Source: Pirellulales bacterium (GTDB lineage: Bacteria > Planctomycetota > Planctomycetia > Pirellulales > Thermoguttaceae). Taken from it: a stretch of DNA of 57,128 bases. The translations under genes were made by a program, and so were the position numbers. Below are positions 9,334 through 19,736 of this stretch, in pieces. The notes under the pieces were generated by a model. That model saw only the letters and a list, made by a program, of their open reading frames with translations, was not told the DNA's origin and ran no database searches. Every line of letters begins with the position of its first letter. Position 1 is the stretch's first letter. The stretch lies in the NCBI GenBank assembly GCA_016933425.1, contig JAFGAY010000350.1, positions 1 through 57,128 of the forward strand, read 5' to 3'.

Positions 9334-10584
9334 GTGAAACCAAATCGCCTCCTTGCGAATGACCGCACGCTTTTGCCACTGGGCATAGCGTTTCTTGGCG
9401 TGATGGTCCTTTTAGGCTGTCGGCCGCAGGGGGACGATCCGCGGCAGTCGCCACGCGACGCCCAACCACCGAATCCTTCCACCTCGGCCGAGGAAACCGG
9501 CGCCGAGTTGGCCGGTCCGGCCGATTGGCCCTTGTTTCGAGGCGATTCCCAATCGCGGGGAGTCGCCGGCGGCCGGCTGCCCAGCCAACCCAAGCGGCTT
9601 TGGACCTTCTCGGTTGATGAGGGTGGTTTCGACGCAACGGCCGTCATTGCCGAGGGCGTCGTTTACCTAGGTTCGCTCGACGGCGATTTTCACGCGGTGG
9701 ACCTCGACGATGGCCGGCCGCGGTGGACGTTTTCCAGCAAGGCCGGTTTCACGGCCACAGCCGCCGTGGACGCCGGCCGCGTATGGATCGGCGATCGCGA
9801 CGGGCGGTTTCATTGCCTCGACGCCGCCAGCGGCGAACCCCTGTGGCACTTCGACACCGACGGCCAAATCGACGGCGGCGCGAATTTCCACGGGCCCAAC
9901 GTGCTCGTTGGCTCGCAAGACGGCCACCTGTATTGCCTGGAATCGGCCACCGGCCGTCTCGTCTGGAAATACCAAAGCGGCAACCAGATCCGCTGTTTTC
10001 CGACCGTGGTCGACGACCAAGCGCTCGTGGCCGGGTGCGACGGAGCGCTGCACGTCATCGAATTGGAACACGGCCGGGAAGTTGCATCCGTGCCGTTGGC
10101 GGCGCCGACCGGCTCTACGCCGGCCGTGCTCGACAACCTGGCGCTGGTGGGAACCGAGGGCCGAACGCTCATGGCCGTCGATTGGCGCGCCGGGCGCGTC
10201 GTTTGGGAATACGCGGCCTCGGACCGCGGCGACAGCTCGCGCAGCTCGGCCGCGGTGTTGCCGTCGGCCGTTTTTATCGGCTCGCGCGACGACCGGCTCC
10301 ATGCCCTCGATCCGACGACCGGACGGCCGCTTTGGAAATTCACGACGCGCGGCCAAATCGACGGCTCGCCCGTGCTGATCGGCTCCTGGGTCGTCTTCGG
10401 CTCGGACGACGGCCGAGTATACGCCGTCGACCGGCAATCGGGCCGCGAGGCGTGGCGTTACGACACGGGCGGAGCCATCGTCGCCTCGCCGGCCGTGGCT
10501 GCCGGGCGAATCGTCATCGGAACCCAGGAAGGCGACCTGTTCTGCTTTGGGCGGGAAAAGGTGAAAGAAAAGTCCGCTCAATAA
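9334..10584 (+). CDS. PQQ-like beta-propeller repeat lipoprotein (BamB-like fold)
   Basis: Lipobox (VMVLLGC). Repeated blades of the form G.VY.GS.DG.LHA.D..TG...W. Confidence 0.85.
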   Translation: MKPNRLLANDRTLLPLGIAFLGVMVLLGCRPQGDDPRQSPRDAQPPNPSTSAEETGAELAGPADWPLFRGDSQSRGVAGGRLPSQPKRLWTFSVDEGGFDATAVIAEGVVYLGSLDGDFHAVDLDDGRPRWTFSSKAGFTATAAVDAGRVWIGDRDGRFHCLDAASGEPLWHFDTDGQIDGGANFHGPNVLVGSQDGHLYCLESATGRLVWKYQSGNQIRCFPTVVDDQALVAGCDGALHVIELEHGREVASVPLAAPTGSTPAVLDNLALVGTEGRTLMAVDWRAGRVVWEYAASDRGDSSRSSAAVLPSAVFIGSRDDRLHALDPTTGRPLWKFTTRGQIDGSPVLIGSWVVFGSDDGRVYAVDRQSGREAWRYDTGGAIVASPAVAAGRIVIGTQEGDLFCFGREKVKEKSAQ

Positions 10585-10606
10585 AAATTTCCGGGAGACA
10601 TCGGCC

Positions 10607-11596
10607 ATGACGCCATGGTATCCATTGCGGTTCGCCCCGCTCTACCGGCATTATCCATGGGGTGGGCGGCGGTTTGAAACGGTGCTGGACCGCGCGCTCG
10701 AACCGGACAAAATCCACGCCGAATCCTGGGAAATCGTCGACCATGGCGAGGATCAGAGCGTCGTCGCGGCCGGACCGCTGGCCGGAACGACGCTCCATCG
10801 CCTGGTCGTCGAGCACGGCGAGGCTATTCTCGGACCGGCGCGGCGGCCGACAAGCGGCCCCTTGGCCCATCGTTTTCCGCTGCTCTTGAAATTTCTCGAC
10901 GCCGCCAAGAACCTGTCCGTGCAGGTGCATCCCGACGACGCCATGGCCGCGCGGCTCGACCCACCCGAACTCGGAAAAACCGAGGCCTGGTTTGTTCTGG
11001 CGGCCGATCCCGGCAGCCGAATCTACGCGGGCCTGCGGCCCGGCGTCGATCGGGCGGCACTTGCCCGGGCGGTCAATGAAGGAACGTGCGCCGAGTGCGT
11101 CCATTGGTTCGAGCCGCGGCCGGGCGATGCGATTCTGATACGCTCGGGCACGGTCCACGCCCTGGGCGCCGGCGTCATGGTGGTCGAGATCCAACAGGCC
11201 AGCGACACGACCTATCGCCTGTTCGATTGGAACCGCCTTGGCGTCGACGGAAAACCGCGTCCGCTGCACGTCGCCGAGGCTCTCGAAGCGATTGATTTCT
11301 CCGCCGGGCCGATCATGCCGGTCCACGCCGGCGCGGCCGAGTCCGACGCGCCGGTCCCCTTGATCGAGTGCGAGTATTTCTCGCTTGGCCGGTGGGATTT
11401 TTCGCGGTCCGTGTCGCTCGGCGGAGACGAGCGTTGCCATCTGGTCAGCGTAGTGGCCGGCTCGGCGATCATCGGCGGCGACGCGGCGGAGGGTCCCCTG
11501 CGGCTCGGCCAGACGATCTTGCTGCCGGCCGCGCTGGGTCCAACATTGGTAACGCCGGAGGGCAACGCAACACTGCTGGACGTGACTCTCCCGTGA
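10607..11596 (+). CDS. manA: type I mannose-6-phosphate isomerase
   Basis: ESWEIVDHG, LLKFLDAAKNLSVQVHPDD, KTEAWFVL, SGTVHALGAGVMVVEIQQASDTTYRLFDW. Confidence 0.8.
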   Translation: MTPWYPLRFAPLYRHYPWGGRRFETVLDRALEPDKIHAESWEIVDHGEDQSVVAAGPLAGTTLHRLVVEHGEAILGPARRPTSGPLAHRFPLLLKFLDAAKNLSVQVHPDDAMAARLDPPELGKTEAWFVLAADPGSRIYAGLRPGVDRAALARAVNEGTCAECVHWFEPRPGDAILIRSGTVHALGAGVMVVEIQQASDTTYRLFDWNRLGVDGKPRPLHVAEALEAIDFSAGPIMPVHAGAAESDAPVPLIECEYFSLGRWDFSRSVSLGGDERCHLVSVVAGSAIIGGDAAEGPLRLGQTILLPAALGPTLVTPEGNATLLDVTLP

Positions 11597-11719
11597 TCGT
11601 GGCAGCTCGTCACTCTCGGCCACGGTTGCCGCAAGGACGCGAAATGGCTAGAATTGCGATAAGCTGTCCCCACTTCCATACCCACTTCCCCACCCCCATA
11701 CCTACTTCGGAGTACCCCG

Positions 11720-13612
11720 ATGACCAGACGCGCCCTTGCGATTGCCGTGTTGTTGATTCTGCCGTTTGTTTTGCCGGCTGAGGCCCCGGGCCAGGGCCGC
11801 GATCGGGCGGAGGTTGCCGTCGGGGACACGTGGAATCTGACGGACATTTATCCTTCGGACGAGGCGTGGTCGAAGGCGAAAGACGAGGCGGCCGGCCAGT
11901 TCGACAAGATACTGGCCTTCAAGGGGCATTTGGCCGAATCACCTGCCCAGTTGTTGGCTTGCCTGACGCTCGACAGCCGGATCAGTAAAGAGTTGACGCG
12001 GCTGTTTTGCTACGCCGGGATGAAGTCGGACCAGGATACCCGCGTGTCGAAATACCAGGGCATGAAGCAGATGATGCGCCAACTGGCCACCGACTACGGG
12101 GCGAAGTCGTCGTTCATGGCGCCCGAAATCGCCGCGATGAGCCAGGCGGCGATCGACGCGTTCGTGGCCGAGGAGCCCGGGTTGAAGCCCTATCGGATGT
12201 ACCTGGGCGACATCCAGCGGACCAAGGCCCACCGGTTGCCGATTCCGCAAGAAAAGCTTCTCGCCGAAGCGAGTCTCATGGCGAGCACGCCCGGCTCAAT
12301 CAATTCGATTTTCACCGACGCCGAGCTTCCGTATCCCGAGATCACGCTTTCCGACGGGACCAAGGCGAGGCTAAACATCGCCGGCTACTGCCGCTATCGC
12401 GCGCTGGCCAACCGCGCCGACCGCGAGGCGGTTTTCGCGGCCTTTTTCGGCGCCTTGGGCGGCTTCCAGCAGACGTTCGGCGCCCAGCTCGCCGGCGAGG
12501 TCAACAAGGACATGTTTTACGCCAAGGCGCGAAAATATCCTTCATCGCTGCACTACTCGCTCGACAAAAACAACATTCCGGTCGCCGTCTATCACGCGCT
12601 GGTCGATAACGTCAATAAGAACCTTCCCTCGCTCCACCGCTACCTGCGGCTCAAGCAGCGGATGCTCGGCGTCGAGCAGCTTAAATATTCCGACATTTAC
12701 GCGCCGACCGTCGCCAAGGTCGATCTGTCCTATCCTTACGAACAGGCCCAGCAACTCGTGATCGAGGCGGTCGAACCGCTCGGTCCCGACTACGTGGCGA
12801 CGATCAAACGGGCCTTTCGCGAGCGATGGATCGACGTTTATCCCTCGCCGGGCAAGCGATCCGGCGCCTACAGCAACGATGGCTGCTACGACGTGCATCC
12901 CTACGTCATGCTCAACTACAACGGCAACTACGAGGACGTCAGCACGCTCGCCCACGAATTGGGGCACGCGATGCACGGCCACCACGCGAACAAAACCCAG
13001 CCCTACCCGACGGCCGACTACTCGATTTTCGTGGCCGAGGTGGCCTCGACGCTCAACGAAGCGCTGTTGATCCACAAAATGCTCGAAACCATCAAGGACG
13101 ACGACGTCCGGCTTTCGATGCTGATGAGCTATCTCGACGGAATCCGCCAGACCGTTTTTCGCCAAACGCAGTTTGCCGAGTTCGAGCTGGCCATTCACGA
13201 AAAGGCCGAGGCCGGCCAACCGGTCACGGGCGAAACGGCGTCGAAACTCTACGGCGACATCGCGCGCAAATACTACGGCCACGACCAGGGCGTGTGCGAA
13301 TTTCCCGAGATTTACGACATTGAATGGGCCTTCGTCCACCACTTCTTCTACGACTACTACGTCTATCAGTATTCGACGTCGTTCACCGCGTCGACGGCGA
13401 TGGCCGAACGCATCCTGGCGGGCGAGCCGGGCGCGGTCCAGCAGACCATCGACTTCCTCTCCGCCGGCGGATCGAAGTATCCGATCGACACCCTGCGCGA
13501 CGCAGGCGTCGACATGCTCACCGGCGAACCGTTCGAGCGGACCATGAAAGTGATGAACCAGGTCATGGACGAGATCGAAAAAATCTTGGACAAGAAGGCC
13601 CAAGCGAAGTAA
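11720..13612 (+). CDS. pepF: oligoendopeptidase F (M3B metallopeptidase), secreted
   Basis: HELGHAMH zinc motif. About 630 aa with an M3B-type layout. N-terminal signal peptide MTRRALAIAVLLILPFVLPAEA. Confidence 0.9.
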   Translation: MTRRALAIAVLLILPFVLPAEAPGQGRDRAEVAVGDTWNLTDIYPSDEAWSKAKDEAAGQFDKILAFKGHLAESPAQLLACLTLDSRISKELTRLFCYAGMKSDQDTRVSKYQGMKQMMRQLATDYGAKSSFMAPEIAAMSQAAIDAFVAEEPGLKPYRMYLGDIQRTKAHRLPIPQEKLLAEASLMASTPGSINSIFTDAELPYPEITLSDGTKARLNIAGYCRYRALANRADREAVFAAFFGALGGFQQTFGAQLAGEVNKDMFYAKARKYPSSLHYSLDKNNIPVAVYHALVDNVNKNLPSLHRYLRLKQRMLGVEQLKYSDIYAPTVAKVDLSYPYEQAQQLVIEAVEPLGPDYVATIKRAFRERWIDVYPSPGKRSGAYSNDGCYDVHPYVMLNYNGNYEDVSTLAHELGHAMHGHHANKTQPYPTADYSIFVAEVASTLNEALLIHKMLETIKDDDVRLSMLMSYLDGIRQTVFRQTQFAEFELAIHEKAEAGQPVTGETASKLYGDIARKYYGHDQGVCEFPEIYDIEWAFVHHFFYDYYVYQYSTSFTASTAMAERILAGEPGAVQQTIDFLSAGGSKYPIDTLRDAGVDMLTGEPFERTMKVMNQVMDEIEKILDKKAQAK

Positions 13613-13662
13613 ACCACGGCGAATGGCAACCACCCGGCCGCGGAGACGCGGGGACATCTCTT

Positions 13663-14745
13663 TTAATTCCCCGCTTCTTGGCGCCCTCGCGCGAGAACGT
13701 CTTGGAGCCGTTTTTCAAGCGATTCCTTGCCGCTCGTAAAGCCGATTCCGATCGACAGCGCCCAAAGCGGCCGGCTGCCAAGCCGGTCGACACCGAGTTT
13801 GACCAGGTCCTTGCGAGTGCAAACCACCGCGTCGACATCGAGCCCCTCGGCCCAGGCGGCCAGCGACGCAAGATCGGCCTGATCGTAACGGTGGTGGTCG
13901 GGCAGTTCGCGAAAACCGGCCACGCGATAGCCGCACGCACCGAGCGTGTGGCGGAAGCCGGCCGGATTGCCCAGCCCGCAGAACGCGGCGACCGATCGCC
14001 CGCGAAGCGAATCGACCGGCGACGTCGCGCCGCCGGCGGCCAGCAAGGTTTCCGGTTGATGGGTCACCTCGAGCCAGGTCGCCTCGGGACACAGGCTCCG
14101 CACGCGACATTCGATCGCCGCGCGCCGGCCGGCATCCAGGAGATCGGCGCGCGAGAGGACCACGACGTCGGCCCGACCGAGCCCCCCGACCGGTTCGCGG
14201 AGCGTGCCCCGAGGAAAAACGTGGCCGAAGCCGAACGGCTCCAAGGCGTCGATCAAGACGACGTCGAGATCCCGGGCAATCCGCCGGTGCTGAAAGGCGT
14301 CGTCCAGAACAAGGACTTCCACGCCAAACCGCGCGACGGCTTCCCGAGCGGCGGCCACGCGGTCGGGATTCTCGATATGCGGCACGTCGGGCAGTCGCTG
14401 GCGCAGCTCGAGCGCCTCGTCGTTGGTTCCTTGCGCGCCGGCCCGATAGCCGCGGCTGATCACCGCCGCGCGAATGCCCCGGTCGTGGAACCATCCGGCA
14501 ATCCAATGGACCAGGGGTGTCTTGCCCGTCCCGCCGAGCGTCAGATTGCCCACGCTCACCACGGGCACGCCGGCGCGGTGGACGGCGCTCGCGCCTTGGT
14601 CGTAGCGGCGGTTGCGCCGCGCGACGGCCAGCGTATAGGGCGCCTCGGCTGCGCGAAGCACACCGCGGAGCACGGCCGCCCAAAGTCCTCGACGCCGGCC
14701 ACTGACCAAATCGCGGAACTCGGACGGCTTGAACAAAACGGGCAT
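13663..14745 (-). CDS. lpxK: tetraacyldisaccharide 4'-kinase
   Basis: VVSVGNLTLGGTGKTPLV P-loop and VISRGY. ORF 13663..14805 trimmed to ATG 14745 (MPVLFKPSEFRD). Confidence 0.85.
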   Translation of the reverse strand: MPVLFKPSEFRDLVSGRRRGLWAAVLRGVLRAAEAPYTLAVARRNRRYDQGASAVHRAGVPVVSVGNLTLGGTGKTPLVHWIAGWFHDRGIRAAVISRGYRAGAQGTNDEALELRQRLPDVPHIENPDRVAAAREAVARFGVEVLVLDDAFQHRRIARDLDVVLIDALEPFGFGHVFPRGTLREPVGGLGRADVVVLSRADLLDAGRRAAIECRVRSLCPEATWLEVTHQPETLLAAGGATSPVDSLRGRSVAAFCGLGNPAGFRHTLGACGYRVAGFRELPDHHRYDQADLASLAAWAEGLDVDAVVCTRKDLVKLGVDRLGSRPLWALSIGIGFTSGKESLEKRLQDVLARGRQEAGN

Positions 14746-15027
14746 CCTTGGGTGTGAAATGGGTTGGGGGGCAAACCGCCCAACGGAACGATACCGGAGT
14801 CGCACGCCGGGGTCAACTCTTGGTGGTTCTCTCCTTTGTCACGGATCGGGTATTTTTTGAACGGGACGATCTTGGATACTCAATCACTATCGAAGTTACC
14901 TTTCTCTTCCTATCAAGCGCAATCATCCCAGCCCACCTAATGCCTAAAGTTCATATATCCCGTCCTTATGGCATACTTCCAAATTAGCACGCCATCCAGA
15001 AAGTTATTGCCGGGGCCAATTCGTTAC

Positions 15028-15073
15028 GGCCACGACGGAGCGTGGCCCTCCACATGGAGGGACGCGCTCCGTC
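15028..15073. repeat. REP-C palindrome (GGCCACGACGGAGCGTGGCCCTCCA)
   Basis: GGCCACGACGGAGCGTGGCCCTCCA-CA-TGGAGGGACGCGCTCCGTC. Confidence 0.85.
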
Positions 15074-15394
15074 GCATCCGCCTTGTTGTCCGGCACAAAC
15101 CTTTTGGAGGAATTGCCCGTAGGTGCTGAAATCCCCAAATCAGGCCCTCCATGCGTCTTATCCTTGTTTGCCTACGGTCTAGCGACTAATCTAATAGTAT
15201 GGCGGCGCGTTGAACGGGCAGTGCCGGAACCTGCCTGGGCTTGGCGATTCATTTTCGCGATGCTCGCATCTTCCAGCGACGCAGGCCGCCAACGGATTAC
15301 GGAACAGAAACATCTTCCCAGTTGCGCAAAATCCGGTCGTTCCCCGGTCCCACGGCGGACCGGTGGATCGTTCGGCCATGGCTCAGCACGATTC

Positions 15395-18300
15395 ATGCAG
15401 ACAGCCCAAAGGGATTTTGGAACATTTTCCGAATCGCGCGAGAATTCCGCGTCTGTGAATTCAAACGCGGCGAAATCGCGGTCCGTCGCGTCGTGGACCG
15501 CCGCTTTATTGGGGCACGGATACACTCGGAGCACTTCGTGGGTCGTTTTTTTTGCCTGCCTGCTCGGCGTGATCCTGGCCGGTCCGACGGCGCGGGCCGC
15601 TGAGCGGTGGCAACCATTTCTCGAGGGGCTTCGCCAGCGCGGAATGCACGACGTGGCGCTGGCGTACCTCGACCGCATGGCCGCCGATCCGCGGTGTCCG
15701 GCCGATCTCGGCGAGGTGCTCGACTACGAGGCGGGCATCACGCTCATGGCCGGCTCGCGAACCAGTCGGCTCATGAGCCGGCGCGAACAGGCGCTCGACG
15801 ATGCTCGAACACGGCTCCAAAAGTTTCTCGCCGAGCATCCCGACCATGAGCTGGCCTCGCCGGCCGCCGGGCAACTGGCCAATGTTCTGGTCGAGCGGGG
15901 CCGATTCCGCGCCGAACAAGCCGACTGGCCGACGACCCTGCCTGCCCGAAAGGAACAACTGTTGGCCGAGGCCCGAGGGTTCTACACCGAAGCCCACGAG
16001 GCATTCCAGAAGGCGGCCGAGCGAACCGTCGCGGAACTTAAGGCGATGCGCGACGCCGCCGAGGACGCGTCGCTCGCCGACCGCCGCAAGCAATTGCAAA
16101 CCAACCTGCTCCGCACGCGGTTGTTTATGGCCACGGCGGTCTACGAAATCGGCAGGACGTATCCGCCCGGCGATCGCCAGCGTCGGGCGAAGCTCGCCGA
16201 AGCCGCGGCCGCTTACAACGCGATTTACGAGCAATTCGCCGCCCATCGGGCCGAGCCGCTGCTGGCCGGCTTCCATGCCCGATTGTGGGAAGGTTGCTGC
16301 TGGCGCGACCTCGGGCAAAACAAGAAGGCGCTGGCCATGTTCGACGAGCTGCTCGCGCGGCTCGACGACGCGCCCGCCACGCGGGAACTGCGAAACCAGA
16401 CGCTTGTTCAGACCATGGAAACGCTCGTCAAGCCGGAGGTGCGCGGCTATAAAAACGCGATCGAGTTTTACCAAAAGTGGAAGCGGCACGCTCGCGGCGC
16501 CGACGAATCGAGCGCCGACGGCCTGATGATCCAGTGCCTCGCGGCGGAAGCTTATCTCGAACAAGCCCGGGGGCTCGACAAGGGCGACGGCGACCGGACC
16601 AAACTGCTCAAGACGTCGCGTCGCTTATTGCGCGCGGCGACCCGATTTCCTGGCGCCCATCAGGCCAAAGCCAAGGCGATGCTCCTCGATCCATTACTCG
16701 CGTCGTCTCGCGAGGCATCCGGCGAGCCGGCCGATTTTGCCGGCGCGCGCGATCGGGCCGATGCGGCCAAGGATCGCATGCAGGCCGCCGAGCTATCGGA
16801 TCGCGCGGACCAGGGCGATGAGGATGCTCCAAACGACGACGCGAGCCGCGCCGAACGGATCGCGGCGGCCCGGGACGAAGCGATTCGCTATTATCGGGCG
16901 GCGTTGGCCCTGGCCACGCCGGAAACGCCTGTCGAGGACTTGAACCTCGTGCGTTTCCAGCTTGCCTATCTCTACTGGACTCGGCACGACCGTTACGACG
17001 CGGCCGTGCTCGGCGAATTCGTCGGCCGGCGTTATCCCGAAAGCCTCGCCGCGCGCCAGGCGACCATGATTGCCTTGGTTGCCTATGCCGAGCTATACAA
17101 CCAATCTCCGGCCGGGCACGTCAAGGAATTCGCTCGCCAACACATGATGGCCCTGGCCGACCACGTGACCGAGCGTTGGCCCGGCGGATCCGAGGCGGGC
17201 GACGCCTGGATCACGCTGATCCACACGGCGGTAATCGATGGAAATCTCGACGTTGCCCGCGGCTATCTGGCCAAGCTTCCCGAGGACTCCCCGCGGCGCG
17301 GCGAAGCCGAAATGATGCTCGGCCGCGCATACTGGTCGGCCTGGATCGAGGCGAACCGCCGAGGCGACGCGGCCGGACCCGACGAAGCAGCGCAAGCCGC
17401 CATGCTCGCCGACGCCGAGCGCTATCTGACCAGCGGCGTGCGACGAGGCGGAGCGGAAGATCAACTCGGCGGGTCGCTCGCGGCGGCCGTTCATGCCTTG
17501 GCCCAAATTCACCTGCTTCAGAATCAGCCCGACGCGGCTGTCAAACTGCTCGACGACCCGGTGATCGGCGCCATGACGCTCGTGCGCGCCAAGCATCCGG
17601 CCGCGATGCAAGAGGGTTACGACATCGAGATCCAGAAGACGGCCCTCCGCGCCTATGTGGCGGCCGGCCAGTTGGACAAGGCCGAGTCGGTCATGGACGC
17701 GCTGGAAAACCGGGTCGCGGCCACCGGCGACCGCCAGGCCGCCGCTCGATTGACCGAGATCTACCTTGCGCTGAGCCGCGAATTGCAGGATACGCTCGAA
17801 ATGCTCCGCCGCCGGCGCCGGACCGACGAACTGACCGCCGTGTCGCGCGGGTTCGAGCTTTTCCTGAAACGCATCGCCGACCGCAAGCAAGGCAATACGT
17901 TCGCCTCGATGAATTGGGTCGCCGGCACCTTGGCCGACCTGGGCGCCCGCTTCGACACGGGCGGGGCCGATCTCGCGCCCGAGGCCAAGAGCTACTACGA
18001 GCAAGCGGTCGCCGTCTATGACAAGATTCTCGATCGCTGCCGACAGGAACCGGCCTTCGCGCCGGACCAGCGGGCCATCGACGGCGTCAAGGTCCGCTCG
18101 GCGCGCGGTCTGCGCCGGCTCGGCCGGTTTGCCGAGGCGCTGGGGCGGCTCGTCGACGTGCTCCAGCACCGCAACCGGATGGTCGACGCGCAGATCGAAG
18201 CGGCTTACGTCTATCAGGATTGGGCCGCGGCAACCGGCAACGCCCAACGATATCTTGAGGCCATCGCCGGCGGCTGTCCGGCGCGACGCAAAGACGGCAC

Positions 18301-18619
18301 TCGGGTCAACGTCGTCTGGGGCTGGGGCAAACTGGCCAACCTGGTCTTCCGGTCGCAGTCGCGGCTGGCCACGTTCCATGAGGCTCGATACAACCTGGCT
18401 TACTGCCGGTTCCAATACGCCATGACGCTCACCGGCCAGCAGCGCGACAAGACGCTCGCGCTGGCCGAGAAGGACGTCACCGTCACGCAACTGCTCAGCC
18501 CGACCCTCGGCGGCGAACAGCTTCGGCGCGACTTCGACGATTTGCTCAAGAAGATACAAAGCGTGCAAGGCCGCAAACCCGTCGGACTGAATGGCGATGC
18601 GGCTCAACCACGGAAATAG
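15395..18619 (+). CDS. large exported TPR-like helical-repeat protein
   Basis: ORF 15083..18619 trimmed to ATG 15395. Signal/anchor WVVFFACLLGVILAGPTARAAE. About 1000 aa of Ala/Leu/Arg-rich helical repeats. Heads the exbBD cluster. Confidence 0.7.
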   Translation: MQTAQRDFGTFSESRENSASVNSNAAKSRSVASWTAALLGHGYTRSTSWVVFFACLLGVILAGPTARAAERWQPFLEGLRQRGMHDVALAYLDRMAADPRCPADLGEVLDYEAGITLMAGSRTSRLMSRREQALDDARTRLQKFLAEHPDHELASPAAGQLANVLVERGRFRAEQADWPTTLPARKEQLLAEARGFYTEAHEAFQKAAERTVAELKAMRDAAEDASLADRRKQLQTNLLRTRLFMATAVYEIGRTYPPGDRQRRAKLAEAAAAYNAIYEQFAAHRAEPLLAGFHARLWEGCCWRDLGQNKKALAMFDELLARLDDAPATRELRNQTLVQTMETLVKPEVRGYKNAIEFYQKWKRHARGADESSADGLMIQCLAAEAYLEQARGLDKGDGDRTKLLKTSRRLLRAATRFPGAHQAKAKAMLLDPLLASSREASGEPADFAGARDRADAAKDRMQAAELSDRADQGDEDAPNDDASRAERIAAARDEAIRYYRAALALATPETPVEDLNLVRFQLAYLYWTRHDRYDAAVLGEFVGRRYPESLAARQATMIALVAYAELYNQSPAGHVKEFARQHMMALADHVTERWPGGSEAGDAWITLIHTAVIDGNLDVARGYLAKLPEDSPRRGEAEMMLGRAYWSAWIEANRRGDAAGPDEAAQAAMLADAERYLTSGVRRGGAEDQLGGSLAAAVHALAQIHLLQNQPDAAVKLLDDPVIGAMTLVRAKHPAAMQEGYDIEIQKTALRAYVAAGQLDKAESVMDALENRVAATGDRQAAARLTEIYLALSRELQDTLEMLRRRRRTDELTAVSRGFELFLKRIADRKQGNTFASMNWVAGTLADLGARFDTGGADLAPEAKSYYEQAVAVYDKILDRCRQEPAFAPDQRAIDGVKVRSARGLRRLGRFAEALGRLVDVLQHRNRMVDAQIEAAYVYQDWAAATGNAQRYLEAIAGGCPARRKDGTRVNVVWGWGKLANLVFRSQSRLATFHEARYNLAYCRFQYAMTLTGQQRDKTLALAEKDVTVTQLLSPTLGGEQLRRDFDDLLKKIQSVQGRKPVGLNGDAAQPRK

Positions 18620-18623
18620 AAGA

Positions 18624-18660
18624 TTTTTTACCACGAAAGACGCGAAAGACGCGAAAGGGA
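18624..18660 (+). repeat. T-run + ACCACG + (AAAGAC-GCG)x3 short-period element
   Basis: TTTTTTACCACGAAAGACGCGAAAGACGCGAAAGGGA, starting 5 nt after the stop of the large TPR gene. Confidence 0.75.
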
Positions 18661-18692
18661 GCTTGGGTAGTTTTGCCCCGGGAGTTCCGATT

Positions 18693-19736
18693 ATGAAACG
18701 GCGATGTGTGATATTGATTCTCTTGGCGATTTTCGGCACGGCCCAAACGGCCGCCGCGACGGATCGCGTCAGAAAGAAGGACAAGGAAACCGTCTTCGGC
18801 CAGATCGCCGAAATGAGCAACCGGCAAGTGGTCGTCGTCGATCGGGGCTCGCGAATCGCGATCCCGGTCGGCCAGATCAGGGCGGTCTACTACGACGCCG
18901 AACCCGAGGCGCTCAGCCATGCCCGCGCCGACCTTGTCCAAGGTCGCAACGAAGACGCTCAGAAGGCTTTGGCGGGCATCGACATGAGCCGAATCAAGCG
19001 AAAAGCGATTGCCGATGAGATCGAGTTTCTCAAAGCCGCGGCGGCGGCTCGCCTGGCGCTGGCCGGCAAGGGCGAAATCCGCGAGGCCGGCGGTCTGATG
19101 GCCGCTTTTGTCGCCAACCACCGCGACAGCTATCGCTGGTTCGAGGCCAACGGGCTGGTTGCCGATCTGCTGGTCGCCAACCGCCAGTATGCCCAAGCCG
19201 CGCGCTACTACGACGCGCTGGGCGAGGCGCCCTGGTTCGAGTATCGGCTTCGGGCCGCGCTGGGCAAGGGCCGCGCGCTTCTTGCCGGCGGCAAAATCGA
19301 CGAAGCTATGCCCGCGTTTCAAAACGCAATCGACGCGAAGCCGGATTCGCCGAAAGAAAAGAATAACCAAACCGAGGAGTATAGGAAACTGGCCCAAATC
19401 GGCAAGGCTCGTTGCACGGCCGCCAAGGGCCAACCGGACGAGGCGGCTCGGGCGATCCGCGAAATTCTCGACGAGACCAATCCCGAGGACGTAACCCTAT
19501 CGGCCGCGGCGTACAACGGCCTGGGAACGGCCCTTCGCGCGGCCGGCAAGCCCGAGGATGCCCTGTTGGCTTTCCTCCACGTCGACATTCTCTATTTTGC
19601 CAGCCGGGACGACCACGCCGAAGCCTTGGCCAATCTGGCCGAACTCTGGAACGAACTCCATCAGACCGATCGGGCCATCAAGGCCCAGGAAATGCTCAAA
19701 AATCGTTATCCAAACAGCCGATGGACCCCCCCATAG
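18693..19736 (+). CDS. exported TPR-repeat protein
   Basis: ORF 18591..19736 trimmed to ATG 18693 (MKRRCVILILLAIFGTAQTAAA signal peptide). TPR-like helices. Confidence 0.7.
   Translation: MKRRCVILILLAIFGTAQTAAATDRVRKKDKETVFGQIAEMSNRQVVVVDRGSRIAIPVGQIRAVYYDAEPEALSHARADLVQGRNEDAQKALAGIDMSRIKRKAIADEIEFLKAAAAARLALAGKGEIREAGGLMAAFVANHRDSYRWFEANGLVADLLVANRQYAQAARYYDALGEAPWFEYRLRAALGKGRALLAGGKIDEAMPAFQNAIDAKPDSPKEKNNQTEEYRKLAQIGKARCTAAKGQPDEAARAIREILDETNPEDVTLSAAAYNGLGTALRAAGKPEDALLAFLHVDILYFASRDDHAEALANLAELWNELHQTDRAIKAQEMLKNRYPNSRWTPP

Noticed and set aside
8631-9647. 338-aa minus-strand ORF spanning the 8799..9290 gene and the start of the PQQ-propeller gene
   Set aside because: It is Arg/Pro/Gly-rich and crosses an intergenic region and two plus-strand genes. 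It has no start context.
12542-14757. Long ORFs antisense to pepF (12542..13657) and lpxK (13324..14757, 13715..14683)
   Set aside because: Both sense genes have diagnostic motifs (HExxH and the P-loop). The antisense frames are Arg/Gly/Asp-rich shadows.
15083-15394. N-terminal 104 codons of the 1178-aa track ORF
   Set aside because: This stretch covers the REP-C repeat and low-complexity sequence. A signal-anchor follows the internal ATG 15395, so the true start was placed there. The start remains uncertain.
17093-18820. 575-aa minus-strand ORF antisense to the large TPR gene and crossing into the next gene
   Set aside because: Shadow ORF. It crosses an intergenic repeat and has a low-complexity Arg/Gly/Val composition.
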